64,000 nucleotides of DNA from Nemertoderma westbladi (GCA_032718475.1 JAUCBJ010004138.1:1-64000); one strand, 5' to 3'; shown: positions 1 to 11,463, counted from the first letter of the stretch. Translations and numbers: made by a program. The notes: generated by a model not told the origin, from the sequence alone.

Positions 1-415
1 TACAGCTGGGACACATCATTACAGCAGGGTCACATTACAGCTGGGACACATCATTACAGCTGGGACACATCATTACAGCTGAGACACATCACTACAGCAG
101 GGACACATCATTACAGCTGGGACACAGCATCACAGCTGGGATACATCATTACAGCAGGGACACATCATTACAGCTGATGGGACACATCATTACAGCAGGG
201 ACACATCATTACAGCTGGGACACAGCATCACAGCTGGGATACATCATCACATCTGGTGGGACACATCATTACAGCATGGACACATCATTACAGCTGGGAC
301 ACATCATTACAGCTGGTGGGACACATCATTACAGCTGGGACACAGCATTACAGCTGGGACACAGCATCACAGCTGGGACACAGCATCACAGCTGGGATAC
401 ATCATTATAGCTGGA
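1..415. repeat. 19-bp minisatellite (TACAGCTGGGACACATCAT), about 21 copies, running off the left edge
   Basis: Tandem units read directly, with variants such as CAGCAGGG, CACAGCATCAC and +3 GGT/GAT insertions. Explains ORFs 177..410 and 256..444. Confidence 0.95.
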
Positions 416-614
416 ACAGGATTGGCCGGCTTAAATATACGTAATACATACATAGATATATCTTTCCTATTACTCTAACAAAATTCGTCAGATCAGATCA
501 AGTACTTCTATTATCAGGTTTCAATCGAGGTGGTTGATTTATTAATGAATAAATAATAATTGACCAGACTGTGGAGCTATAAATCCTCTCCCCTATATAA
601 TTCGGATGACTTAC

Positions 615-841
615 CTTTAACAACTATAGTATAAACTCGTTTAGGCGCATCAACAGACTTTAATGTGCACTCGTACCTGCCCTGAACGTTCATAGTAATA
701 GGCTTGTTTGTAGTTAAAGTTAGCTTGCCAATTAAACTGAATTCTACTCCATCCATTTCTGCAGAGAGCCCGGCGGCAGTTTCTGTAAACTTCATTACAT
801 TTCCATCTTTTTTCCATTCAATTTGATCAGCTCGTTCAATA
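615..841 (-). CDS. Internal exon encoding the C-terminal part of an immunoglobulin-like domain (host gene unidentified)
   Basis: Translation IERADQIEWKKDG...QGRYECTLKSVDAPKRVYTIVVK has the Ig C-strand W-x-K-D-G and F-strand G-x-Y-x-C motifs. The minus strand has a pyrimidine-rich tract ending ...ttgacaatAG before 841. A canonical AAG|GTAAGT donor follows 615, in phase 1, as is typical at Ig-domain ends. Confidence 0.75.
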
Positions 842-1087
842 CTATTGTCAAATAGAAAATAGTACAAAAATATTAGGTAAAATTAAATAATTATGCGATA
901 GGCAAAGGTACGGGAGGCCAAGAGATATTACCTAAATAATATGCGGCATAAGTAATAAAGCTAATTAATGCGTCGTATTGTTACATTTTCCCAGGTATTG
1001 GGATGTGGTCATAGTAATGTAGAGTATAGTGATAGTATGACAGGAAATCACTCTGTTCCTAAGGGCACTATAACCGATAGTATTTTA

Positions 1088-3215
1088 CTACTACTAGGTC
1101 GAGCGAACTCGGACAGTGGAAATGAGATCCTTCCAGGCTTCCCGATTCTCCATAGTTGTCGCAATTTCGTTTCTCCTAAGTTCAGTATCCCTTTCAAGTT
1201 GATCTATATATGTTATGGCAGGTCGTCCACAACTACGCTTTCCATGAGTTGGTTGCCAGAAAAGTAGATCTGGTATGACCTCGTCTTTACTTCGCCAGCA
1301 GTGCCCACTGAATCTTAATCTGCGTTCACGGAGGGTGGTTGATACAGGTGGTATTGTACCATAAAGCTCGGTGTTTGTCATGTGTTGTCTCAAGCTGATG
1401 TTTAGGGCTGCCCTTAGTAGTCTTGTGTAGCAACCATCAATTTGTTGTTCAAGTGATTTAGTCAGTGTCCAGGTCTCACCCCCATATAAAAATACACTTT
1501 CCACTGTGGCTCGAAAGAACTTAGTCTTCAGGTGCCCGGAGAGATCTGATTTCCAGATGGTATCCATTTTTGATAAAGCTACCCAAGCCTATGCTTTCCT
1601 AACTTCTATGTCCTTTTTGCTACTCTCTATCCATGATCCAAGGTACTGGAAGTCATCGACCTTCCTTAGTTGATTATTATCAATGGTTGTCAAGTTTCCA
1701 TCAACATTAAAGGTCATGAATTCGGTCTTGGTAGCATTTATATGCAATCCAACCTCCTTAGCAGCCCTCTCCACTTTATTTAGTAGAAGCTGTGCATCTG
1801 CTAGGGTATTAGAGAGCAGGGCGATGTCATCCGCAAAGTCGGTGTCTGTGACTGTAGTTGCCGGATATCTACTACTTCTGCTTTCTTGAAGTGTGAATCC
1901 CAGGTCTTCACCCTTTGTGGCCGTCCTCATTGCGTAATCCAGCACAATTACAAATAGAAATGGTGCTAATGGTGCTGTACGCCAGCCAGGATTGAGAAAA
2001 ACTCAGTTTCACCATCTGGTGAGACTACCTGCGCTTCTGTGTCACAATATAACAATCCAATGCCAGCAACAATTACTTCTGGTATTCCATAAGCTCTTAG
2101 GATTTCAAGCATTTTACCTCTATGGATGGAGTCGAATGCCTTCTTGAAGTCCACAAAAGTCATGACAGAGGGGAGATTCTTTGACTTAATTCCTTCAATC
2201 AGTCTCCGTAGTGCAAGTATCTGAGCTATTGTTGATCTACTTGGTCGAAATCCGTTTTGGCTCTTACGCAGTAGTTTCTCTATGTGAGGCCTAATCCTAT
2301 ATAGAATCATTTTATTGTATATTTTGGTAGCTACCACAAGCAGACAGATCCCACGATAGTTTGTTGGTATGCCGAGGTCTCCTTTCTTGGGGAGAGGCTT
2401 TAGTTGACTTTTAGTCCAAATTGGTGGTGGCTTTTCCCCTTTTAACATCCGGTTGCAAACATTCAATAATGGCCTGTTTAGCACTCCGGTTTTCCATACC
2501 TCCGCTGGGATTTCATCTAATCCACTCGCTTTATTATTGGACATACTTTTAATGCTTCTTTGGAGTTCGGCAGGTGTGAAGTCCCCTGTTTCTATAGGTA
2601 GTGTCTTGTCATATATTTTCCTTGTAGGGCTGACCTCGATGTTTGGTGGCTGCCCAAGCAAGTTGCTGAAGTGATTTTTCCACTTCCCAACACGTTCTTC
2701 AGGACTATCGGCTTTGAGGCGCCCCTTTGCACAACTTTTCCGACCAGATACCTCATTTACAGTTTGCCAGGTAAGTCTTGATTGTTGCTGTATGTGAGCA
2801 GTTGTAATTGCTTCAGTTTTATCCTGTATGTACTTTTCCTGGCTGATGTTGTAGGCCAATTTAAGATCGTCCTTAGCTTTCTCAACCTTGTTAATGTTTT
2901 CGGTTGTTGGTTGTTCGGTTTTAACTTTGTAGGCTATCTTAAGATCTTCTCTCTTACAAGTAACCTCAGAGTTTTGCCATGGCACATATGGTTTTCGTTT
3001 GGGTTTCTGGGGGATATGCCTCTTAGCTGATTCCTTGTGGGCTGTTATTATATTCTGGTATATTGAATTGGTGGATTGGTCTTCATCCATTGACTGAAGT
3101 GCTTCAGGTCTTCTTTTGAACTTCTACTGTATAAGCATCCTTTACAGCATTGTCAGTTCTGAGTTTTTCCCAGTCATATGTGATTTGCTTGCTTGTCCTG
3201 GGTTTGCTGGCTCTT
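1088..3215 (-). mobile_element. 5'-truncated RTE-clade non-LTR retrotransposon (LINE) with (TAG)n tail and 12-bp TSD
   Basis: RT motifs NYRGI, QNGFR, FVDFKKAFDSIHR, FADDIALL, FQYLGSWI and the RTE-type C-terminus (RRLRFSGHCWR, GRPAITYIDQL). The tail TAGTAGTAG begins at the stop codon. GATAGTATTTTA is duplicated at 1076-1087 and 3216-3227. Confidence 0.93.
1094..3090 (-). pseudogene. Disrupted reverse transcriptase ORF of the RTE element
   Basis: ORFs 1966..3090, 1589..1945 and 1094..1567 are consecutive pieces of one protein. It is broken by a frameshift in the GVxQG motif (~1960-1980) and an in-frame TAG at 1589-1591. No endonuclease domain remains. Confidence 0.9.
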
Positions 3216-4647
3216 GATAGTATTTTAGTACGGTGTAATGATAGCCTGAAAGGTAGACAAACACTTTAAAGTCTAAGCCAAATATTTATATAACACCGAA
3301 CACGAATATCGTTTATATAACAAGGATTAGTTGTTCAGAAGAAAAACTAACATAATCAAGTAGCCCCAGCACTGATAGAGCTGTCTCCACCCCAGTGCCT
3401 GGGAAATTTCCAAGTGGTACAGATACTATGAGCCGTGGCAGTAACCATAAGGGCTCTGAGGTCACTAAATCAACATATCCCTCCTATGATGAATATAATC
3501 TCACCAATCTTTTGAAAGACCCCAGGAAAACAAGTTTTGAGGAAAACAAAGAACCTACGTGTGAGAAACAAACTTCTGTCAGAGAGACTAAAAACGTCCA
3601 AGGAACTTTACCGAGTATGGTTAGAAAGAGGCAAGCAAGACAACGATGAATACAAAACTTACTTCAAGGACTCCAAACGATCAATAAGGCGGTTGAGAAA
3701 CTGGCTCCTCAAATCACAGATAGCTGATAATATAACCTATGTGGCGAACAAGATTAGGGGTAATCCCAGAGCTTTATGGTCTCATTTCAATCCAAAACAC
3801 AAGGCTAAACAACCTTGCGATCCAGCAATGAGGTCAAAATTAACAGACTTATTTAAAGATCGGTTTGGGAGGGAAAGCTGAAGCGATGACGTTACTAAAC
3901 TTGATAATGATATTGCTGATCGTTGTAATACAGGATCTGCTGACATACCCACTGTATCGGAATTGGCAATCCGCAATTTGATATTATCTCTTTCCAAACG
4001 CAAATCTCCCGATAACAGGATGCTAACAGTAGAGCACCTGATACACAGTAACGAGAGTGACATCTGCAAATCATTCGCAATGATAATAAACGCATCATTT
4101 AGAATTGGAGTGGTCCCTGACCTGTTTGGCGAAACTATTCTTACATGAATCTATAAGGGAAAAGGAAAAGAGCAGACTGACCCAACCTCATATAGGCCAA
4201 TCTCTAGTATATCCATATTCGCGAAGGTGTTCGAAGCGATAATACTTAAACACTACCTATCCACCATTACTAAACATCATCCGGCGCAGCTAGCGTACCA
4301 AAAGGGAATCGGAATAGATTTAATAATTGCTGGAATTCTTGAACAGCTTGAACATAACCGCCAATCTACCATACCCACCTTTGCCTGCCAGGTTGACATA
4401 GCCGCTGCCTTCGACTCAGTGGACCACTGTCTTTTATTCAGTCGACTCCTGGAGGTTTTAAACCCATACATATGCAGAGTGCTATTCAGTTACTATAGAC
4501 TGGGGCTAATGTTTATATCCATTGATGGTAGCGTAGACATCAGTGGCTTCAAGGTTAGAATAGGAGTGAAACAAGTATCCTTAATTTCGCCCTGTGGGGC
4601 GAGCCACGAAGTGAGTGAGCCTTAGCGTAGTGGTACCATTAATCAAC

Positions 4648-4678
4648 CTGTCGTTCTGTCGTTCTGTCGTTCTGTCGT
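4648..4678. repeat. (CTGTCGTT)x~4 microsatellite within the inserted element
   Basis: Read directly. Confidence 0.9.
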
Positions 4679-5604
4679 GTTCAATTTTAAACGTTAATAA
4701 CTCGGCCAATCTTTGATGAAATCTATCCAAACTTGGTACACATGTTGTTTGGCAAAAGTTTAGAAATTTTCCAAGTAGAATTTCCGTGTGGCCTTCGAGA
4801 AGCTAAGATAATAGCAGTTAATTAGTTAATTAAGTTGATTGCGGTGAAAACGCCATTTTCAACCTGCCTTTTAAAGGAAATTAATTGTTTTACAGTATAA
4901 GATTTAAATAATTATACTTAAAAATTATACAGATATAATCCCCATACGCCATTCTATTATAGTTTTTAATTAGTTTAAGTGATTTGCTTTAATAAATGTG
5001 TCTTTAATTGATCTAAACGTAATTAAACCGCACAATTATTGAGTACAAATTTAATCCTTCCCATTATTGGTCAAGTCTCTGCTGGTGTGGAGCTAGCTGC
5101 TGGGAGTTGTGGCTGTAGACTAACCTGAGAGGAATTGTAATAGAGGCAACCAGTATTGCTATTCCAGCCCAATCACTGAATTGTGTTTATTATAGGCTGG
5201 ACGGGCCGCATAACCGTTCGACTATTACTACTATTGCTATCTCAGTTAAATGACAGATATAATAACATAAATACAATCCATGGCATGGCTGTTGTAGGCT
5301 TCTGAAATAGTTTATTCCACAATGTATATGTCTGGTTATTTTTTAATTGAATTTTTGCAAAGTAGTAAAATTAATGTTCTTAAAAATAATATTATTATTT
5401 TATATGTAACCTAGGAAATTAGCTACATTTTTTCGCTGCAGCTTTAAGAGTGTACATTGATTTAATATTATTTCAATACCCATATTACTACATCGGCATA
5501 AGATGCGTTGGTGTTGTATCACACATCTCCACATATCACACATCTCCACATAGATGTATCAACAGTTACTCGCACAGTTTCGAAACTTCGCATAGTTATA
5601 ACTG

Positions 5605-5900
5605 TATAAAGATCGTCAGTCTGCGTTTAGGAAAAATATTTTATGACAAAACAGGACAAGCGACGAGCGCAACGAGGCATATAATTAAGACGAGTACTGC
5701 GTTGACTAAATTATTATATAAACCACCTGGCTTCACATATTTATCGCATCCCTAGTTATTATTATTATAAAGATCGTCCTAGCTTGCGTTTAAGAAATAT
5801 ATTTAAATACAAAACAGGACGAACGCAAAGAGGCTTATAATGAAAACGAGTACTGCGTTTATTATATTCCTATAAACCACCTGGCTTTGCATATTTAACG
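5605..5900. repeat. Two diverged direct repeats, period ~161 bp
   Basis: TATAAAGATCGTC...CAAAACAGGAC...ACGAGTACTGCGTT...TATAAACCACCTGGCTT starts at 5605 and again at ~5766. Confidence 0.85.
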
Positions 5901-7431
5901 TGCGATTGGAAATAAGTTCGTGCTACCCTTCCGTGGGTGGTAGATGTCGCGGTTATGTATTGGTGGTTGGGAAGGGTGGGGGGGGGGGAGATTAAAAGGG
6001 GTGAACACGTACTGTCCACCTTTCTTTGATTGATTGGTGGTGTGGGTAAATTTCTCAAAACCTGATTTTGTGATACAGTCGCTGCATTTTAATTTGTATA
6101 TAATAACTAGGCCTCGTGCTGCGCGAAGTCCCCACGAACGTGTCTTTTGAACTTCTTCACGGAGTCTATCTATGAAGCATTATGCACAACAGTCTCAAAT
6201 AGCAACAGGGCAGCCTTATGGGTCATTAACTATGCTGACGATATCCTGGTGTTAGCGAATTCTGGGCAGTCATTGGAAAGAATGGTTCATATAATTTGCA
6301 ATGAATTGGATAAATTAAAGCTACAAACCGACCCCACGAAAAGTAAAAGGGACAGTCTTCAAATCTAGGAACACCGATCATACTCCAGCTGCACTAAATA
6401 TTGGTGGAAAACTTTTGCCTGACTCCAAACTTATCAGCTTTCTGGGGGTGACTCTGAGATCGCAATGCAGGCCCCTAGCTGATTCTATACGTACTCTCAC
6501 CATACTATCAGAAAGATTTCATAGAAATGGTTGGACCGCGAAACACTACCCTATAGAAGTAATTTCACACCTCTGGAAATCAATAGCAATTCCCTCTTAC
6601 TTACACTCCCAAGGATTTAGCATAGGCGCAATGTCCGTCGACGACCAAGGGCGACTTGACGCGCTATAGAAAGCTACTCCGTGGGCCGTGGCCTACTCTC
6701 TGTCGGCAACTATGTATCTAACGAATGTTTATACACTCTCTTTGACACACCACAGATCACAACGCAATCTGTCAAGGCTTGTCTTGGAACCATACTCAGA
6801 GCTACTAATTGCCCTAATTTTTGTCTGCAACTTAGTCTTCGGGTGAACCTTCTATCAAACCTGCGATCAACTTCCAAGTTCATGGGACTCAGCAGCAGCA
6901 TTAAATATGCAGCATTGGATCATGGACTCCCGTCAGTATCGTCTCTACTGAACTACCGCTACCATAGAGGACATCTAACAGAACGCCTACGACTCCTATT
7001 ATTGTGCAATTTTACTTCTAATTTACAGTTATACATGCGTTTTAATTCAATAGCCCATAAATGAATGGGAATGTGCACCTCTTTTTAAACCGTCGGTAAC
7101 CGTCGCTAATAAATAAAATAAATAGGTCTCAACACACATCACACTCGTCATCCCATAGAATCATACCATTCTTCATATTCGCGCAGCTCCTTGAAACCAG
7201 CTAAAGCTCCAGTCATCAAAGACATACAGAACTATAACAGACGTACACTGTTCTCACTCTTCACAGAGCAGCAGCATATACCAACCAAGGCACCATCAAA
7301 AGAAACAAATTCCATTCGCAGACAAACCATTTTAAGCATCCTGGCACAAAGTATCCAAGGATTCTAAGATTGGTCAATGGAATGATCGAATGATCTCCGG
7401 GATGGTAGTAAAAATCGCCTATAATAGGGTT

Positions 7432-7747
7432 AATAGGGAGACAACACATGACAAACGCCACGCTTTATGGTACGATACCACCTGTATCAACCACCCTCCG
7501 TGAACGCAGATTAAGATTCAGTGGGCACTGCTGGCGAAGTAAAGATGAGGTCATACCAGATCTACTTCTCTGGCAACCAACTCATGGAAAGCGTAGTCGT
7601 GGACGACCGGCCATAACATATATAGATCAACTTGAAAGGGATACTGAACTTGGGAGAAACGAAATTGCGACAACTATGGAGAATCGGGAAGCCTGGAAGG
7701 ATCTCATTTCCACTGTCCGAGTTCGCTCGACCTAGTAGTAGTAGTAG
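7432..7747 (+). mobile_element. Short 5'-truncated copy (3' ~310 bp) of the same RTE LINE family, with (TAG)n tail and 12-bp TSD
   Basis: Near-identical to the reverse complement of ~1088-1391. TATAATAGGGTT is duplicated at 7420-7431 and 7748-7759. Confidence 0.93.
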
Positions 7748-7904
7748 TATAATAGGGTTGGACCAGATTACACTAACTATCATACCACAAACTCCAACTG
7801 TGCACTTAATTCTTGCTATAATACTTCAAGGGATGAGCAACAGTTTACAATTCCTTCCCAATGGCAACAATCAAAATCGACAGCAGCACTACCCGAAAAT
7901 ACCC

Positions 7905-8125
7905 ATAATGCCTATCTTTATGTCAAAAGCTCAAACAGAGTTATAGCTTGGATGATATACTTAAATATGTATTTAAGATGAACATTGGGGGTTTTCTATA
8001 GAAAAGTTATACAAAACAGCAACCACACTGGTTCCCTGGGAGTGAGACTAACTGTAGAATCTGGATTGCGGGAAACCATGTTAATGGATGACTTCTGGCC
8101 AGCAAGCATTAGGTGCCAAGTAGAA
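7905..8125 (+). pseudogene. Possible remnant of a non-LTR retrotransposon ORF1 (C-terminal RRM-like segment)
   Basis: Frameshifted pieces IFMSKAQTEL / LDDILKYVFK / SIEKLYK / GSLGVRLTVESGLRETMLMDDFWPASIRC resemble the '...FWP.GI.CR' ending seen in many LINE ORF1 proteins. By-eye recognition only. Confidence 0.45.
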
Positions 8126-8374
8126 AGTAAACAAATCAAACTTCAATAGGGTAGGTAGATCATGATCACGGACCATCCAAGGACTTGGAGAATATGTACT
8201 AGAGGCCACAAAGTTTAGAATCAAGTTCTAATTTTTTATGTTAAACCGCAACACACAATGGCAGCTCCAGTCAGATAACCAAGCAACTTCAAACACCTCA
8301 CATGGTACAGAGATCATCATAGTTTACGTGCAGCAGGAACAATCGATTGTCATGGTTTCACTTCTAGGGAACTA

Positions 8375-8410
8375 GGACAATTGCCCCCCGGACAAATGCC
8401 CCCCAGACAA
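8375..8410. mobile_element. Probable MITE end fragment: short repeats GGACAA(T/A)TGCCCCCC
   Basis: GGACAATTGCCCCCCGGACAAATGCCCCCCAGACAA. This short-repeat terminal style is common in animal MITEs. No matching opposite end was found. Confidence 0.4.
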
Positions 8411-8432
8411 CGTGGTCGATTTAAAAAAAACA

Positions 8433-8793
8433 ACCAATCATGGGAAAGGAACAGGTTACAGTTACTGTATTTTCTAACCAAAATAATAAATGACACTTAA
8501 AAAAACTGGTTATATGGTCATTACAGAAATACACCAATCATGGGAAAGGAACAGGTTACAGTGACGGTGTTTTATAACCAAAATAGTAAATGATACTTAA
8601 TAAAACTGGTTATATGGTCGTTACAGAAAATAAACCAATCATGAGAAAGGAACAGGTTACAGTGGCGCTGTTTTCTAACCAAAACAATAAACGATACTCA
8701 ATAAAACTTGTATCGTCTGTGTATCCTACACTTAGTGACGTTTATTGTTTCGGTTAGAAAATACTGCTACATTAACCTGTTCCTTTTACCATT
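8433..8793. repeat. ~100-bp tandem repeat (x2.7) followed by an inverted partial copy
   Basis: ACCAATCATG(G/A)GAAAGGAACAGGTTACAGT starts at 8433, 8533 and 8634. 8731-8793 is a diverged reverse complement of ~8641-8700. Confidence 0.85.
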
Positions 8794-9156
8794 AATGATA
8801 TACATATATATTATAATATTCCTTGATTTCCCTTCCTCCCTCCTTAGCTTCCTTCCTTTCCTTCCGTCCTACTTTAATTACTACCTACTTTCCTACTTAA
8901 CTTCACTAATATCACTGAACTTAACATACACGACATATTAAATAAAATAAATTCTAACAAGTCACCAGGCTATTCTCCCATATCTCGAAAATCGAAAAAA
9001 CTTATCTCCCCATACATTATTAAACAACTCACTTATTTAATAAATTATTAATCTAAAACCCGCCCGATATTTCCTATGAAACTAAAATACGCTGGAATTA
9101 CACCTGATAATAAAGAAGTGATCCCCTGGAAGAAGGCAACAATAGACCAATTCCAA

Positions 9157-10246
9157 TAGGGTTGCTGCGCGAAAAAATTGCTGGGCTAGAAACAATTGAA
9201 TAAGGGGTAAGAAGGTGCCCTGAATCGAGTGGCGGGGTGTGGTTTTTGTAAAAAATTGTAAAAAAAACACGTGGAATCGGTCTAAATGGCAGGTTTAAGT
9301 AAGCCCGGGTAGGCAATTTTGTAAATCGGCTGTGATTGGCTGCTACATATTTGACGTCATTACGCAGTGCTCTGATAGTTTTTTATCTTGGTTTCTATGG
9401 ATAGAGACTTTCGATCGATTCAAATACATATTAAATCTCAATCATTTCACACGTGGCTTATATTAATTGATAGCGGAGAGTCTTGCGCGTCTATTACCAC
9501 TACAATTAATTATATTCATGTTGATATAATGTTGTTTCCAGCCGTATTTACAGAAGCAATACTGCATTCCAAGCTGTTTGAGTTTGGTCTGACGGTAAGG
9601 CCTACAGATTATTAGATTTAAAATTATACTTTATAAATACTTTATTAAACATCATACCGGTCAGTCGGTACTATAATACAGGAATAATTGGCCGTAGGTA
9701 CCTAGGCTACACTTCCATATTAAAAAATGTCGCCGGCAAACTTAATGAAGTAAAGCTGCAATACTCAGATACTGCAATAGGCTGATAAGGGCTGAGTCAA
9801 GCGCTGACCGGTAGGCAAGGAAGTGCAGCCTATCCGTCAGGAAATCTTTTTGTGCAATTGTGAACAGCATTTTAACAATCTTCCTCATCGTGAATTTAAT
9901 TAATTGTAGTGTCAAAAGAAGTGCAAGACTCTCCGCTATCAATTAATATAAGCCACGTGTGAAATGATTGAGATTTAATATGTATTTGAATCGATCGAAA
10001 GTCTCTATCCATAGAAACCAAGATAAAAAATTATCAGATCACTGCGTAATGACGTCAAATATGTAGCAGCCAATCACAGCCGATTTACAAAATTGCCTAC
10101 CGGGGCTTACTTAAACCTGCCATTTAGACCGATTCCTCGTGTTTTTTTTTTTTACAAAAAACACACCCCGCCACTCGATTCAGGGCACCTTCTTACCCCT
10201 TATTCAATTGTTTCTAGCCCAACAATTTTTTTGCGCACCAACCCTA
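9157..10246. mobile_element. ~1.09-kb MITE / foldback element with ~330-380-bp terminal inverted repeats
   Basis: 9157-~9490 is a near-perfect reverse complement of ~9920-10246, and weaker similarity extends ~45 bp further inward. Ends are TAGGGTTG...CAACCCTA; the TA may be the TSD. Explains the mirror ORFs 9098..9316(-) and 10093..10302(+). Confidence 0.9.
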
Positions 10247-10303
10247 TTACATTAGTTCTGGAAGAGATATTTTATGTATTATATTACGCAATACTTACTT
10301 AGT

Positions 10304-10610
10304 CAACAATCACTAGGAGACAACCACTAGGGTATAGGTTCCTGAGATGTGGAGTATTAATTCCCAACAATCACTAGGAGACAACCACTAGGGTATAGGT
10401 TCCTGAGATGTGGAGTATTAATTCCCAACAATCACTAGGAGACAACCACTAGGGTATAGGTTCCTGAGATGTGGAGTATTAATTCCCAACAATCACTAGG
10501 AGACAACCACTAGGGTATATAGGTTCCTGAGATGTGGAGTATTAATTCCCAATAATCACTAGGAGACAACCACTAGGGTATAGGTTCCTGAGATGTGGAG
10601 TATTAATTCC
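10304..10610. repeat. 61-bp tandem repeat, 5 near-identical copies
   Basis: CAACAATCACTAGGAGACAACCACTAGGGTATAGGTTCCTGAGATGTGGAGTATTAATTCC starts at 10304, 10365, 10426 and so on. One copy has an extra TA. Confidence 0.95.
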
Positions 10611-11444
10611 AAAGCCAGCAGCCATTTTATTAGCCCCTGATTTTTTATTAATAAAAGTAACAATGAGTTGGCAAGCTATGTTTTCGAGGTAAAAAACGTT
10701 ATCGTTAATTAGTTATTAATTAGTTAATTAGTATAATATTAGTTATTTTCGGTAAAATAAACTTATCATTCGAGGTTAAGACCCCTAGGTAGTTCCTTAT
10801 AATAAAATGTATAAAAAAAACCTCAAAAACAGTTTTGCCATATCCTGAAATTCCAAACTTACGGGGTGGTGAAAGGGCAGGTCATCCTCAATTTATAATC
10901 CCCCTCAGAAACTTCTATTGAAATCGCATTTGGTTGACCGTCAAAGAAGATGGGATTGACAGGTGTTGGTAAAACGTCCGGTTTCGCAACTGGAAGCAAA
11001 AATGTAACAAAATATTACGAGATGTAAGATAATATACCGGATAGTAATGGCCGCGGATAGTAATGGAATTAAGTGAAATGTCCCCACACCCCAAAAAAAA
11101 TAATACAAATCTTAATGAGATTGCAATGAAATTTGAAACATATAAAGTTTCACCTACCTCCTTAAGCCCTGTTTATATGCGCAAAAGGTAAAGATAAATT
11201 CCTAGATGTTAGATCGGGGTTGAATTCAATAATTAAAATTGTAGTGGTCTTTTTTATGTCAATTATGCAAGGTAGGAGGTACAGTACGATAATATTATTC
11301 TATTTATTTGTATGGAATTAATTTCGCACTTTTTTGCCCCTTAAATATATATATATTTCGCACGTTGCCCCTTAAATATATTCCAAGATTCAGTTTAAAC
11401 AGATTAAAATCAAGGAAATGGGGAAGGTTATCACTTACATACAT

Positions 11445-11463
11445 TTCGCCCTCTAGCGGCAGA
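11445..11463 (-). promoter_or_regulatory. CTCF-like motif (CTGCCGCTAGAGGGCG)
   Basis: Matches the CTCF core CC(A/G)(C/G)(C/T)AG(A/G)(G/T)GGC(A/G). Motif match only, no functional evidence. Confidence 0.35.

Larger units (their letters stand above)
4596..6140 (+). mobile_element. 1,545-bp non-autonomous DNA element (HINE/Helentron-like or Crypton-like) inserted in the LINE RT
   Basis: Flanked by TGT at 4593-4595 and 6141-6143, and removing it restores the RT frame. GC-rich ends (GTGGGG ... CCCCAC), a (CTGTCGTT)n microsatellite near the 5' end and an internal ~161-bp direct repeat. No coding capacity. Confidence 0.75.
3500..7123 (+). mobile_element. Decayed non-LTR retrotransposon (RT region to 3' end, tentatively RTE-X/Proto2-like) interrupted by an insertion; 5' boundary approximate
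   Basis: Motifs occur in order: LSKRKSPD..LTVEHL, IYKGKGK..TDPTSYRPIS, QLAYQKG, VDIAAAFDSVDH, GVKQ.SLISPC, then (after the insertion) LLNFF, INYADDILVL, FLGVTL. Several stops and frameshifts. Ends in a TAAA-type tail at ~7107-7123. The clade call is by eye only. Confidence 0.85.

Noticed and set aside
177-444. His/Trp-rich ORFs
   Set aside because: Translations of the 19-bp minisatellite.
968-3030. Plus-strand ORFs 968..1267, 1683..1889, 2453..2674, 2782..3030 (and 7562..7783 on minus)
   Set aside because: Antisense shadows of the RTE coding sequence.
1094-7064. Reverse transcriptases as a retron/DGR/group II intron system linked to the array
   Set aside because: Motifs, simple-repeat tails and TSDs identify ordinary, broken non-LTR retrotransposons. 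Nothing ties them to the satellite.
8197-8230. ACTAGAGGCCAC (TRGH) as a CR1 3' fragment
   Set aside because: Too short, with no supporting downstream motifs.
9082-10302. Paired similar ORFs on opposite strands
   Set aside because: A consequence of the MITE's inverted repeats, with no protein motifs.
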